64,000 nt of DNA from Paraphysomonas bandaiensis (taxonomy: Eukaryota > Protista > Chrysophyceae). The notes under the pieces were generated by a model, which worked only from the letters and a program-made list of their open reading frames with translations, had not been told where the DNA came from and searched no databases. A program made the translations under genes and the position numbers. The number at the start of each line of letters is the position of its first letter. Within the stretch, counting starts at the first letter, position 1. The DNA is taken from assembly GCA_965644295.1 (NCBI GenBank), contig CBFFRP010000066.1, forward strand, positions 1-64,000, written 5' to 3'. This document shows positions 45,646 through 59,110 of this stretch, piece after piece.

Positions 45646-46983
45646 ATGGAATCATTTATATCTACTCTCTCTACAGGACTGCCTGATATGGCATGGAGAC
45701 ATCAGTTACGTGCTGATGATATGCAATACAGAGCACTAGTGAATGAACGGCGTTGTATTGATGATGCAAGACGTACAATTGATGAGAAATCAGAACAACT
45801 CAAAGCTATTGCAGAGATATCTACTATCATTGCAGGCTTTACCATATCTTCTCTATGTGAGATACAGATATCTGAAGAGGTTGCAGAGTTTGCTCTAGTG
45901 CTCTTTGGGACCATTACATCCAGTGTGGTATGTGGACACTCTATGTGGATATGTGTATGTTATATATACAATGATATATATATGTTATATAAGTTATATA
46001 TACAGTGTTATATGTATTTGTTTTGTTATACACACAGTGTTAAATATATGTATGTTATATATACATTGTTATATGATATATATGTTACGCACAGTGTTAT
46101 ATATATGCTATATGTGTGTTATACACACAGTGTTATATATATGTTATACGCACAGTGTTTTTTGTACTTATATACAGTAACCATATAAGTATATACTTAT
46201 ACATGCATGTGTAGATTGCTATTACAATGGTGGCTGCATTGATCAGTACGTACGTATTGGTGGCCCTGTATCGTTATGATCCTGTGAAGAGGAATCCCAC
46301 CTTTGATTTGTTTTGGAAAAGAGTGTAAGTGCCGAATCTGTGACTTATGTATCTGCTGCTGACGGACGGGTTTGTTATAGGTGTGAAGATGACTGGCAAG
46401 TGGCGTTTAAGGCTTTTACATTTGGTATTACATAGTATACAGTGTATAATAGTGTGTTTTGTCTCTATATATATTAGTGGATATTTTCTATGCTTTTTTT
46501 CCGACTTATTTTTAGGTATGCTCCTATTCGCCTTGTCTCTGTGTGCTGCATCGTGGGTGTTGTACTGGGACCACCCCTACGGCTCTGTTGCTGCTAGTAT
46601 AGTGACGGCTATATGTCTGCTCAGCATAGCGTTTTGGTATATAAGGGTCTATTTGAAATGGGCTGGGGCGCTTGCAAAGGTGTGTTGTTTTGTTAAATGT
46701 TTCAATTAAAACTTACACTTACATCGCCGTGTTATTGGTGTACCACAATCTGTGGCATATTTGTTAATTTATATGTAATATAATTGTGATTAATGTTATA
46801 TAGGGTTACACCAAAATATCTCTACGTTCTCGTACCCTGGACAGGAAGAGCAGCAATACTACCCTCCATGTTGATAATGACTCAGAGAATGCAGTCATCG
46901 AGGACCCCCTAGGTGTGGAACTGGAAAGCATAGGTAGCCATGAAGAACCAGATGAAAACACGTATGCATTTCCAACAGAATAA
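45646..46983 (+). CDS. Orai-like (CRAC) calcium channel, about 5 exons
   Basis: TM1 QLKAIAEISTIIAGFTISSLCE parallels Orai [36 protein letters not shown]; four hydrophobic segments across GT-AG introns. Confidence 0.8.
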
Positions 46984-47533
46984 CAATCTACTGGCAAACT
47001 CATTCTTGTTATTTACGTTGGTATACATGTATTTATGTATTGTTACCCTATATTTTTTGTGTGATACGCTACTGAGGAACGTTTTCTGTAAATATAAGTA
47101 TCTCAGTTCTGTGTATAGAATAATGGAATTCGTTTATCACATTATCTTGCTAAATACCACAGTGAATGTGTAATTCTTTTTCTATAAATACAATGAAATA
47201 TGTTCCACTTAAGGGATAGATTGCTGCATGCAACAGCACGTAGATTGAATGTCACCAGCTTGTAAGTTGTCTAATGCATTCATACATTAGCTGAATATTA
47301 GTAATTAATAACAATATCTATAATTAATGTCTTTTCTGTTGCTCTTTATAACTTTATAGATATACTTAGTACTTGCCCCATTATGGGGGCGTGCCCTACT
47401 ACTAATAGTGTAGGTACGTAGGTATTATAGTGTACGTGTGGTGCTAGTGTTAAGCATTAAGCAGTACATAGATCTCTATTATAATTCTGGTGTACTCTTT
47501 GTGTGTGAATTCAAGCAAGCTCCAGTTATATCT

Positions 47534-47639
47534 ATACATACATACATACATACATACATACATACATACATACATACATACATACATACATACATACATA
47601 CATAAATACATACATACATACATACATACATACATAAAT
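47534..47639. repeat. (CATA)n microsatellite
   Basis: Tetranucleotide array read directly from the sequence. Confidence 0.99.
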
Positions 47640-47790
47640 AGTATTGTTGGACCAGTTTAAAAATTCCATCAATATAATTGGTGAGACGCTAACAATAGTA
47701 TTGCAATATATTATTCCCTAGCCCTGATATATACATATATATACATATATTTAAAGTCTTATTATTAGCAATTGGCATTAACGTTTGATT

Positions 47791-48690
47791 CTATACTAAG
47801 AAGTTCGTTTCAGCATTCGCAATCGTGCAAACAACTTCAAGCAAAATTCGAGCCTTTTCAGAATCAAAACGTAACCTTCCCGCTTGTCGTTCAATTATTC
47901 CCATCATGTCCTCTTTTGTCAGATGTTCACCATAAATCGTTAATGTTGGATGGCTTGTTCCAAATCCTACGTCTCGTATTTCCTTGACGAGGACCTCAAT
48001 ATCGCATTCATTAATTCCATGCTTCAAAAACTCTGCTTCGATGGTCTGAAACTGGTTTCGGACAGAGCCACCCGCTTTGCTAACCATACTTTTCAACTGA
48101 GCATGAGTTTTGCGGAAGTCTTTCCCAAATTGCAGAATATTTGAAGCATGCGTTTGATATGCGTAGGCAATCTGTCGAACAAGTAATGCCTCTCTATCAT
48201 TGACAGCGATACTCATTAACACTGAGTTATCCTCCTCCAGTCTATTTATACGGCCGTTTAACCCTTTTATATGGTCATTTAACCCTTCCATATGGTCATT
48301 TAACCCTTTTATATGGTCATTTAACCCTTCCATATCCTTCTCAAGTCTGCTTCGTAAGTCTTCCACATCCTTCTCAAGTCTGCTTCGTATGTCTTCCATA
48401 TCCTTCTCATGTCTGCTTCGTAAGTCTTCCATGTTCTTCTCATGTGAGGCCATCATATTAGCGCAACACTGTTGGACAATTTCCTCGAGACTACGACCTT
48501 TTTTGACCAGCATAACGCTCTCTTCCGCATCTACTTCAGATTCTAATCAATTGATTATGGATATTATCATGTATATGGATATATTTGACCTTCAGTAACT
48601 GGTTGCCAAACTGAAAGGTCAGCATCACTAAAACCACGCTGGATCCTTTCATTGCGTGTAGATGGCGAATTGTTTTCATGTTCCCTCATC
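47791..48690 (-). CDS. Hypothetical coiled-coil protein, paralog B (inverted near-identical copy of 40613-41469)
   Basis: Same intron and upstream region; 14 aa longer from two extra heptads. Confidence 0.75.
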
Positions 48691-48896
48691 TCGAACTTAT
48701 CAATCACTCACTCGAACTATACACTTACAGTCACCAGCGACCTGCTCATGCACACACACTCCACTGGAGAGCTCGAGAGAGTTCCGACCAGTTCAGTGGG
48801 TGGGAATATGACGACCAGGCTAAAAATCCCTGGTTTTTAGCTGTATCCCTGTGTTTTGATAATCAAACACTCAAACTGAAAACTGAAACTGACACA

Positions 48897-49340
48897 CACA
48901 TACATACATACATACATACATACATACATACATACATACATACATACATACATACATACATACATACATACATACATACATACATACATACATACATACA
49001 TACATACATACATACATACATACATACATACATACATACACACATACATACATACATACATACATACATACATACATACATACATACATACATACATACA
49101 TACACACATACATACATACATACATACATACATACATACATACATACATACATACATACATACATACATACATACATACATACATACATACATACATACA
49201 TACATACATACATACATACATACATACATACATACATACATACATACATACATACATACATACATACATACATACATACATACATACATACATACATACA
49301 TACATACATACATACATACATACATACATACATACATACA
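48897..49340. repeat. (CATA)n microsatellite, about 110 units
   Basis: Tetranucleotide array read directly from the sequence. Confidence 0.99.
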
Positions 49341-49391
49341 CCAGGAGTGTTATATATAACATAAATAGATCTGAACGACTGCTTCTTTCCA

Positions 49392-50066
49392 ATGGACAGT
49401 AATCCAAGTGGCGTCATGTCATATGAGGGGGGTGAAGAAGCTCTAGCCCGTAAGCGAACAGGTTTGGAAGATGAGAAGGAGAGGGACTCTAAGGTACATA
49501 TACATACATATATAGAGAGATGATGTGTATGTATGTATGTATGTATGCGTGTATGTGTGTGTATTGTAACATATGTATGTATGCGTATGTATGTATAGAA
49601 GAGTGTTATGTATGTGTAGGTACGTATATATATGTATGTGTATATATATATGTGTATGTATGTATATGTGTGTATATCTTCGTGTGTCTTCTCTGAAGGG
49701 AATAACTGAATATACAGCAAAAAAATAGAGGCAACTACCGATGCAGTCGATGCGGGGAGCCAAAGAAAGGTCACGTGTGCCAATTAAAGCCTCGATATCG
49801 TCGTAAGGGTACTCCAAAAGATGGAGGTATGTATGTAGGCGTATCATGAGGGTATATAGATGTTTACTTATTTAGCCGTATAATTTGTATTTGCTTTAAT
49901 TTTTTTAAATTTGTATATAGTGACATGTTGTAAAGACGTCCAAGCCGAAATCGATCCTGAAATGACTGTACGAAATCTTAATTTGGCGAAACAGGGTCTC
50001 CGAGAGTCCTATATAACCATCGATGATACCCCTAGTAACCTTCTCTCTGATACGATATTGTCATAA
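49392..50066 (+). CDS. Small zinc-knuckle-like protein, 118 aa; exons 49392-49493, 49718-49826, 49921-50066 (absent from the ORF track)
   Basis: GT-AG introns splice in frame: RGNYRCSRCGEPKKGHVC (C-x2-C-x6-H-x-C), then VQAEIDPEMTVRNLNLAKQGLRESY. Confidence 0.8.
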
Positions 50067-51464
50067 GTGTTACTACTTGCTATTTGTTTCATCATTTTGC
50101 ATCCTTGTTTGCAAATTAGATGGTGATTTTTCTGGATACATAGTTAGTGGTCGTATTATGAAGCACTATATATAAGCTAATGCGGGTAAGTATTTTGTAG
50201 GTATATGAGTGTATATAATATTGCAATATGTGCGATAATAATAATAATAATCTTGTTGGCTTTCCACACTAACGCACTGTATACTGTATAGTATATGACG
50301 CAATCGCTTGCACGAAATCGTAATTTGGTTCTACTTCGAGTAATTACAATGCCTACACTAGTAGTGAATGTCTGATTATTAGCAAAAGACAAGTGAGAGT
50401 CAGAACTAATGTAGCAAAACAATTTCACTAACTAGTGCTTAACTCTGATATCCTACTATTTGGCGCTACGAAATCTGCTTGTGCGCCACTGCAAGCACCA
50501 AGGTGCAACCGCTCTCTGTCTTTAAGGTGAACAGGCCTGAATATACACAAGGAGGATCTCGAGATACTTGTAGTAGATGTTATTATTATCAATAGAGAGA
50601 ACTAATTTAGCATTGCAATTTAACTACTCTACGAAAGCAGCTTCTTGTCGTCACCGCAAGCGCCAAAGTGCAACCACTTGCACGCTATCACTCAAATCAA
50701 ACGCAGTGAACAAGCAGAATGTTGATATAGCTGACATCTACGCTTAGTCTGTAGCCTATTGGATTTTAAATGTAAAATGGAATTTTACAGGTAAAAAACC
50801 TATAAAATGACGAGAACGACGGTAGCTCGAATACATATAATAATAATATATATATACGTAAGATTTATTTTGTTTTATGCGTCTTACTATACGTTAGTTA
50901 TAACATTATTCAAAAGTTTAAAATTCGCAAAACTAACATTCCAGTTCTAATGCAATCGATTCGATTAGGGCTAGATATACAAAACATTATAATATACTAT
51001 TATATACAATTTATATTATACAGCTATGTTGTATAAAATATAAATGACAAAGTTTGTTACGCCCTGGTTCTCGCTACCAATCTGTCCATCAAATATTGTC
51101 TAAAAATGGCGGGCAATGCGATCGGAACCATGATGAATGGCCATGCGACGACGAATCCCGAGAGTCCAACGTGTGAAAAGACCGAGGCCTGTCCCTTGAA
51201 CGATACCTATAATATCTCTGCAAAGACGGGCTACACAATGCAGTCGAGGGAAGCGTGGAGGAGAACGAGAACGCATTCGTCGCTCTAGCAACAGCAACGC
51301 AAATTTATAGCGATTCCCAATCAAGAGACGATTCCCAACAACGTGGATGGTTTGTTTCAACTTGGAGATGCCGTTTCAGGAATTTATGGCCTCAAAAGAT
51401 GCGTGGTCTCTTGTCTTCCTTGTTCGTGAATAATTATATTGATCCAGAAGGACCATTTAACACT

Positions 51465-52045
51465 ATATTGTATTACGTTGTTGGGACTGATGATCATATT
51501 GCAGATATATTTACGAAAGCTACTTATGAGAGATGAGATGTTTAGGCGAGGGTCAGAAATCATCAGTGGTGGTTATTAGAGAGGCTAGCTGAAATGTCAG
51601 AGTCATACGTCCTCCTGTTTGTCCTATATGTGGTTTTTGGTGGTTGCATATCCGTCAGTTATGTCTCGTGATATGGAGAGTCTATTTGAATTGAGAGGGA
51701 GTTTTGAGTTTTGCTGTTTGAGAGCAATTATAAGCAGTAGTTCAAAGATATTTGACTTATTACTGTTAAGGGAAGAATACAGAAGAGGCTAACTTTATTA
51801 TGAGAACTAATGTCATGATAGCTATCATAGTAGTGAAACTGAAATATATTGACAGTATATATAATCGTGATATCTAATATTGTATGGAAGTGATTGGTAG
51901 TTAAGACAATATGAATTTAGCAAATAACAAGTGATATTGATCATAAGTTTATTATCTGTTACTCTATGTTTCTAACTTATGATCTAAGCATAGAACATAG
52001 AATGAGCGTATTGTTCAGTTATGTCAATTTCCATAAAACTCTACA
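51465..52045 (+). mobile_element. Ty1/copia 3' remnant: RNase H end, polypurine tract, degenerate 3' LTR (51702 to about 52045)
   Basis: YVVGTDDHIADIFTKA; PPT TTGAGAGGGAG; LTR TTTTGAGTTTT...AAAACTCTACA, colinear with 19501-19755. Confidence 0.75.
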
Positions 52046-52328
52046 CTTTTAAGCTATTTGTTAGCAAATAGTTTGATGAGCAACAACATACTTGATAATT
52101 AAAGTGCCTGCTTTGTAATGTTTGCGATCAACACTTTCACTGTTTATATACGACATAGGTATTACAGTACATCATAAGTTAACCATATATGAAGTCATAT
52201 GTATATATCACGCAGCTAGGCAGCACAACACATTATGTACGATGCTGTACAGAAGTAAGTCAAATAAATGCAACTATAGATAATTATTGAAAAGTTACGC
52301 TGCTATTGTAGAAAATAAAATAATCAGA

Positions 52329-55300
52329 CTACTGCAATAAACTAGTTCCTAACTTTTTAGTTGTGTCAAGACAACGTCCTTGAAATTTTTCCATCCCTTC
52401 AGGAACACTCGTTGCTTGATACACCCGGTAGTTCTCCTCTAAGAGTGCTTTCTGCACTGTCTTGTCAGTAATGCAGAGATGCTTACTCTCTACCCACATT
52501 GCCTGCTCGCTCGTCTGAAGGCAGGAGTACATGTTCGGACTCTCACTGAACAAGCAACCTTCATCCACTCCAACCAGCTTCACGCTCCAGTCGTAATACA
52601 CTAATGATTCGATAATATTCCCGTCTGGTGAATGAGGAGTGGATCGAATTAAATTTCGGTATGACCTGCCTTCAATTTTCCACTTTTTATAGTTGATTAC
52701 ATTAGCTCCAAGAAGAGTATGATTATGACGCAACTGATTTCTCTTACACATGACGTTGTTGCTTTTGAAGAATTTGTCGCATCCACTACCAAGAAGCCCT
52801 TCATCCATAATGTGTACGTATCTGGAATAGTAATCGTAGGATATCAAATCTTTGTTGAGATCCAAATGATCCAAAAAATTCGGATCATACCAGTCATTAC
52901 CATTCGTAATCAGTAGCCAGTCAGTATCAACTGGACACTGCTGTATCACTTTTTCAGTGATTGAAAGGTCATCCAAAGAAACCTTAATGTGATCAGGATA
53001 ATCGGCGATGCGAAGACGAGGATCATCCAGTTTCGCGATAAGTGAATACAAGCCGTTAATGGAACCTAATTCTGGAGTAGATATGTAGGCTGTCCAATGT
53101 GGGTAAGATTGGCTTATCAACGACTGCAACATTCGTTGCAGCGAAAAGACTGGGTCGTCCATATGTACAGCATATGCCCTCACAACCACACATACTCGCC
53201 CTTTAGGGGCAAAGGGCTTTACCATAATTTCATTCAGAAGCCTGTTCATGCGGGCTGGGGCAGTCTCTTCAGAATATCGATGCATCACTGTGCTGTGCCC
53301 ATTCTCCCCTATTTGCTTAAGCGAATGTAAACGACCGTTTAGAAGTTTGAGCATATTATCACCCAGCTCTATTCGAGATGAGACAGGAGGCAACAAAAAC
53401 CCATCTTCACCAGGGCTCATAATGGCTTCTTCTGAACCACCAGCAGGAGTTACCATTACCGGCACCCGTAGAACCATAGCCTCCAGAACATTGAGGGGAA
53501 ACGCCTCACCTATAGATACGCTCAAGTGAAGGTCGGCAATGGCCACATACTTGAGGGCATCATTCGCAAAAGGGAAAAATTTAACACGTGGTTTAAGCAA
53601 ATTAGATGATTCCACAAATGATTTCAGTCCCTCATAGTATATATCGTCCCCTTTCCCTCCACTCGCGGAGGGAGCTCCAATCAACAATAGCATGAAATCA
53701 TTCTGGCCAAACAAATCTCGACCCACATCACTCAACGCTTCTGCAAGAAGTCTTTGCCTTTTGCGTTGACAGATTGTACCAACAGCCGTCAATACTATAG
53801 TACTCGGCGAGATTCCCAGAGAAGCTCTCAGTGCTTGCTTGGACTCAATCCCTTCTCTTGCGCGGCGTTTAACATCGTCAGATACAACAAAGCCGCGGAA
53901 AGTCTGGAAGTGTCCAGTATCATGTTGAGACCATATGGCACGTACTTTATCGGCAACAAACACTACATTATCTACGTTATGAACAAGACTACGAACTCTG
54001 TGTTCCGACTCTAGCAGTGGGAATTCCACTCCAAACCAGTAATTACTTGGTGGTATCGCATGCGCTTTGGACAATTCCGACTCGTGTATGATCCAAGCTA
54101 TCTTTGGCACCGCAGGCCTCAAGTCGGGACGACCGGCAATAAATTTCGTCCAAGTAATGGTGTTAACAAGTACGACATCAGCCGCCAAATGGAGCTCTCC
54201 AAGTATGTCATCCAGAACTGAAGGCAATGGTCCAGATAAGAATTTCAAGTCACCTCCAATACTCTTAATGGGGCCTTCCAGATCTCCATGGTGAAATGAA
54301 ATGAATGTCACTTTATGTCCCATTTGAATCATGTATCGACCCATATCAAACAATAAGCGAGGAGCTCCATCAATGTTCAATGAATGCATGAGGATAGCTA
54401 CATGAAAGCATCCACGGCACTTGTCTGCAATAACTATGGTACCCTCACCGTCATTCGTAGAGGTCTTTCTCATTACAAACTTATTGGATGATACTAACGC
54501 CTGTCGTGCTGAACCACGACTGATTTCTGCAATCAACTCTGTTGTTCTGACATTCACATGGCGGTTAACTTTGTAGAAAACGAACTCAAATGGATTCGGC
54601 GACATGCCGCGATACCACCCTTCCTTGAAAAATATATCCAGATCAATTCCATTGCACCTGTAAGACCAAGATGTTAGACAGGAGAAGTTCGTCAGTAAGA
54701 ACAAGATATACGCATCGTACAGTCATACAATATGCTAAACAGATATTGCACCACTCCATAGCAAAATTGCCGCTACCTGTTGTATCCATCAGGTCCAGCA
54801 TATATTCCATGATAAGGCAAGTTCTTATTTCTCTCATACCATGACTTAAAATCAACCCCCTCGTAGGTGGTCTGCATGGACGCTATGTTGTAACCTGCTT
54901 CAATAACAGCCAGGGATAAATCTGATTCCCTGCTAAGACCGATTTGATACGTTTCGGCACAATCAAATATTCCTTTGCGAAGACCAATTTCAAGAACAGT
55001 TGTGTCAAATGCCATGGCCATACTCATAACATGAGGAATCGCCCTTCCAATTCCATCTGGGCAATTGACTGAGAGACCAACAAGCTTCGTATTTCCTTTA
55101 AGATGTGACAGAAACGCCTCAGTCCAATGCTCAAGAAACCAGACCGGTAAAAAAGGCCCTTTCACGCTGCTATTGATGCAAAAAAAATATGTGTACCAAG
55201 ATTTACGTTGTTGGAACCCTATACCCCATGAGCCAAAGTCTAAGCAGCTGTTGTCGCGATATATCACGCGCAAATTCGGCAGATCAGGAAAGGTAACAGT

Positions 55301-57046
55301 GTAAGCCCCGTTCACCACAATGACATAGTCAATATGCCTCGCTGCCTCATGCATAGCATCTGCGAAAACACACATCTCCAAAAAATACATCAAATTACTG
55401 CGATATTCTTCATTTTTCTCATAATACGCATACACTACAAGGACACGATCTCCAAAACCTTTCTGCACCAGTGTCTTTCGGACAGGTGCTTCCGACAATG
55501 AGCGATAACTGCCGCTCGTGGTTGCAACAGTTCTCAACAATGATTTTGTAAACTTAACATTAGCAGTTAAGAGAGCTTGCTGGTTTTTAGATTTTGCCCA
55601 TTCTAAGTAGTTTTTAGTCGCGATCGATGTATTGGCACTATTTCGCGGCATGAAGAGAGATTCATATGGATGCACTGAGTACTCGTTGTCGGGGTCCAAT
55701 TCACATACACGGCCCTCTACTGAACCGTATTTAATAAAATGCTCACCTGCCATGCGCACGGAGAGTCGGTGCAAATCCCCATAAAAATCTCTATACTTGC
55801 GGTAATTGCAACGGAAGTTGCACCCATCACCCTCTGGTGGGTTATGCTTCAAAAACAACTCGCTTGCTTCATGTAGGGGCAAATGAGCCAGCTCAGGATA
55901 CCGCCGCTTCCAGTCCGTCCACACGCACTGCTGCTGAGGATGAGTCATAGGCGTACATTGACCAGGCTCCCGTAGAAGCCACCTTCTCCAGTCGTGTCCT
56001 TTTGGTTGGCCATGCATTGCAAGGATATTGTATCCCGCCAGAAGTACCATATATGTGAATTCCATGCGGTCGACAGCAAAGCCCTTGCTAGCTAGAATCT
56101 CCATCACACGGTTATCGAAAGCAATAGGCCCACCTCTGAAATACGGCACATGGTTGATTTGAGACCGACGACTTTCCCGTGTAGATTGACATGTTAACTT
56201 GGTGCCCACAACTCGTACATCGTTGCTGAGTAATGATGTGTACGCCTTGCTCCACATGGAATAGGAAGTCATACTCCAATAATCTGGCAAAAAGGGGCCA
56301 GCATACGAAGAGTCAAGGAGCACAAAATTGTTGTAATCTTTCCAAGAAATACCATTAAAGGCACAACGAATCTTCTGCATGTAATGAGAACCGCAACCTG
56401 TCTTGTATTTTTTCGCGTCGATTTCCACTAATTTGACTTGATGTGATCCATGAAAGCCCAGATACTTTTGTGACAACAACCCCTTGCCGATGCGTCGATC
56501 AACCTCACCAACACTAAAAAACAAATGAAGAAATTCATCCTTATCAATTGCAGGATGTTTATCTAACCGCATCGAAGCCAGTTTCAAGGAATGAATATAA
56601 AACTTCACATTATCTGCGTGCTCTGGATTCATATCAGAAAGAATATGATACAATATTACTGTCCGCTCCACATTAGAATGATTAGAATAATGTCTTAATG
56701 CTCGACCACTCGCCCATGGATTAAATTCTTCCATACCATCCGGATTAATACGTTTAGTAGCTGCTTCATCTGCTTTAGATAACTTCACTATAGGGACTGA
56801 TACACTGATCTCAGGTACAGATAATTGAGATATACTGATTGTATCAGATTCAGTTTTTTGAATCATTTGTATTAAAGGAATAGATTCAGTTTGTATTGAT
56901 GGTATAGTCATGTCTATAGCAGTAGGAATATGGTGTGTATGATGTTTCATCCATGCTTGTTTAGTTTGATCTAATATGACAGATAGACATAATATGGAGA
57001 CCGCAAATATTAACAGTAGTTTACAGAAGGTAAGAATACCTCCCAT
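52329..57046 (-). CDS. Multi-domain type II membrane glycosyltransferase, about 1530 aa: 2x RgpF-like, GT4, GT2-like; exons 57046-54777, 54657-52329
   Basis: A 119-nt GT-AG intron joins the two ORFs in frame. N-terminal TM; duplicated SSxxGPFLP domain; HFIKYGSVEGR motif; GT4 EAFPLNVLE; GT2-like LQSLISQSYPHW...ITNGND. Confidence 0.85.
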
Positions 57047-57620
57047 ATTAAATGGCAAGGTATGATATGACTTGTAACGTTAGATATATCCTGTTACTGT
57101 TAATATATGAATCCTCTCGTTAAATGATGGGCTTGATAAGCTTGTTAGTGTATAGTAATACTGTGTATACATATGTATATATAGATATGTATGTATGTAT
57201 GCATGTATGTACGTATGTAGGAAGTGAAGACATATGGCTGTGGTACAGGCACGTACTGTACTGATATATAAGTACAGAAGTACGGCAGTTCAATATGAAA
57301 GTATAGGATATATGTACCTATATATAGATAGAGAGGTACGATAGTTCACATATAGCATATAAGATATATGTACCTATATATAGGTATATAGGTACGATGG
57401 GGTCGTGTGTCGTACAGAGTGTGTGGTGTATATAATTCGAGTTTTTCAGTTTAGTAGTTGAGATTACATTTTTCAGTTTCTCATTGCGATTCGCATTATT
57501 TCTATTTCTAGTCCAGAACTTCGAGTTTCTAGTTCAAAATACGTGATTTCGTAGATAGTCGAGTTTTCGTGCATGAATATTGATTTTAGTATGTACCTAT
57601 ATGTCGTAGTGTAGTATGGG

Positions 57621-57762
57621 CAGCTAGCATCTTATTTTTTCGGAAATAAATTGAAGCAAATATACTTTACATTACTTCAATACAACTACGGCTAGAATAC
57701 AGATAATTATTGTCTCAATATTAGAGGCATCTTTACACAAAAATATACAAAGAATGCCTGAC
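57621..57762 (+). mobile_element. MITE-like repeat, copy 3
   Basis: Aligns to 24662-24800. Confidence 0.8.
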
Positions 57763-57794
57763 TATATCATTTACTTTTCTTAAAGAGCACTTAC

Positions 57795-58710
57795 GGTTTG
57801 TTAGTGTTTCTGGCAGTGCACCCATCGTTGTGCTTGGACACTATCGTCTGCCCGATGGCGGATACTTTTTAGTGGGTTGTAGAGTCTAGACAAGAGATCA
57901 GCTTTTCTTGGTCCATACACAGTTGAGTCACGGCATGTGAGTCAGTTATGGGCACAAAATACTTACAACCTCACTAGAATGGACCTTGTCATTACAATCC
58001 ACGCATCGAACTGTGGTGCAATGGATGCATAGTCCACTTGCTGTTAGCCGTCGTGGATCTGTTAGCCTGTTGCACACTTGGCATCTGTCAGCCTCCCTAC
58101 CAGGAATATGTGAGCTGCCTGTGCTGCTGGATTCTTTTCTTCCGGAGTTGGAGTGTGGCGCAGAATGCGCACAACTCCCTGCAGGAGGTAAGGGTGTATC
58201 ACTACCCCCCTTTGTCTCTGCTTCTACGTTGTTAGTATGTGCCCTGGCCGTGTAGTCCGTTTGTGTAGGACTGTTCACTGTCGCATCTGCCTGAAACACC
58301 AGCATGTTGGTATCTGCTGTATTTGAACATACGTTATCATTGGCCCATTTTAGTTGGAATCTATCCTTACCCGATGCGAGAGGTCTTGGGACTCTCAAGG
58401 TATCCTCCTCTGGTCTACTCGGACGTTCCACTACTTATGGGACGGTCGTAGCAAGACTGTTCCCTTCCTGCGTCTCAATTCGCTCACCAAAGTCGTCACC
58501 TTGGTCTCTAAGAGATTAATTTTCTTCTAAAATTGCAACACCAGCATGTTGGTGTCGGCTTCATCAAGTCCAATTACTACTCCAAATATCTCTATCTACG
58601 TTGAAATCAGATATTGAAGATCTGTCCTCTTGAATCGCTGCCCTAAGCATAGTCATAGCTGAACTTAGCTTAGCTGGGTTGTGAATCTCTATTTTAGGCT
58701 CTTCTTTCAT
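57795..58710 (-). pseudogene. Degraded Cys-rich (zinc-finger-like) gene fragment
   Basis: CQVC...CIHC...CVDC followed by a GTAAG donor; flanking coding-like segments contain stops. Confidence 0.4.
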
Positions 58711-58976
58711 AGTAACAATCAATTAATAACAATGAATGAGTCTACAACTACGATACTATCTACAAGTAACTTCTATAGTGAAGAAATTTCACCCTATTTT
58801 CAATAATTAATAAGTATCTACCTACGATTCGTGATCAATGGAATGGCCATCATTCATATTCAATACCAAACACATCAGTTTAACACAGTTGATCATGATA
58901 ACTCATTATCACTGTATAAGGGAAGATACATTCAGTATTCTCATTGTAGTTGGAGCCTTGTATACGTACTTCCAAG

Positions 58977-59110
58977 CAGGCTTGCGTAACAATTAAGTGG
59001 CAATTAATTGGTGACAGGTGTTCAACAATAATAATTGCAATTATTAGTCAAGCATCCAATTATTGGCAATGCAACTAATTGGCAATTATTGCCAATTAAT
59101 TGCCTTTAAT
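58977..59110 (+). mobile_element. hAT-like terminus with AATTGCAATT subterminal repeats, copy 1 (degenerate)
   Basis: CAGGCTTGCGTAACAATTAA start. Confidence 0.55.

Noticed and set aside
50441-50453. AACTCTGATATCC as a Met-i PBS for the copia remnant
   Set aside because: Imperfect, opposite in orientation to the remnant, and no adjacent LTR.
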